This document shows, piece by piece, positions 44,090-44,452 of a stretch of 44,452 nt of DNA (the first letter of the stretch is position 1; every line of letters begins with the position of its first letter). Made by a program: the position numbers and the translations under genes. The stretch comes from Mitosporidium daphniae (taxonomy: Eukaryota), in the NCBI RefSeq assembly GCF_000760515.2, contig NW_013546512.1:1-44452 (forward strand), in the 5' to 3' direction. Below the pieces are notes generated by a model, which did no database searches, was not told the DNA's origin, and worked only from the letters and a program-made list of their open reading frames with translations.

Positions 44090-44452
44090 GCTTATATGGT
44101 TTATTTATGGTCACAGTCAGAGTCGGAGTCAGAATAAAGGTGCAGGTGAAAATAAAATCAAAACACAGTGTTATGTCGATCATTCGGAGTATTTTCAGTA
44201 CTTGACCTATGTGACTCCGAACTTGTGGCTGTACTTGAATTTTGGCTTTCGGGCTCCCAGGTTTGGATTGAAGATAAATTTTCACCGATTTTTCCAATTC
44301 GCGTTTAAAGGACAGCATCGATTCGAGTTTTTTTTCAAGCCTTGAGAGATCATTTTTTCGGTCTTGGAAATATGGAATCATTATTTCTCCCAATTTTTCT
44401 ATTTGTCTTTTATAGTATCGGATCGTTTTTGTGTACTCCATATCTTCAATCC
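44064..44452 (-). pseudogene. Frameshifted paralogue of the 42783 gene, 5' end probably outside the window
   Basis: 44217-44293 is near-identical to 43275-43350 in reverse complement but is read in a different frame after the A5 run at 44293-44289. Confidence 0.6.

Overview
Gene-dense eukaryotic nuclear DNA with very short spliceosomal introns (mostly 23-40 nt, GT-AG) and head-to-head gene pairs separated by only 35-70 AT-rich bases. The fungal-type housekeeping proteins, a mitochondrial leucine-catabolism enzyme (MCCC2) and the tiny introns suggest an early-diverging fungal / Rozellomycota-'short-branch microsporidian' type genome; this is inference, not proof. Recognisable genes, in order: MED20-like, GID8, TAF4, NIF/HAD phosphatase, WD40 protein, GST-kappa, RPL42, a WG/GW-repeat + CID protein, TRM8, TRM10, UTP25, WAPL-like, a POMGNT2-like GT61 glycosyltransferase with C-terminal FnIII, class-3 lipase, REX4, CCT4, a divergent actin-related protein, tRNA-Asp(GTC), SAH1, PUS7, DUF1764, RPL36, RMD5/GID2, MCCC2 and CCT3. 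Three AT-richer accessory islands (about 10.6-12.5 kb, 16.2-18.8 kb, 42.1-44.4 kb) hold lineage-specific secreted/membrane genes and decayed copies. Most notable: an animal-type POMGNT2 enzyme in a fungal-like genome; a candidate Argonaute-hook/Pol II-CTD adaptor; an RST-like domain on TAF4; a candidate zero-nucleotide-exon (recursive) intron and a GT-TG intron in MCCC2; oriented telomere-repeat (AACCCT) boxes and a shared 13-mer upstream of accessory genes; and an unexplained hairpin-rich intergenic segment. All family assignments are from motif recognition by eye; no searches were run.
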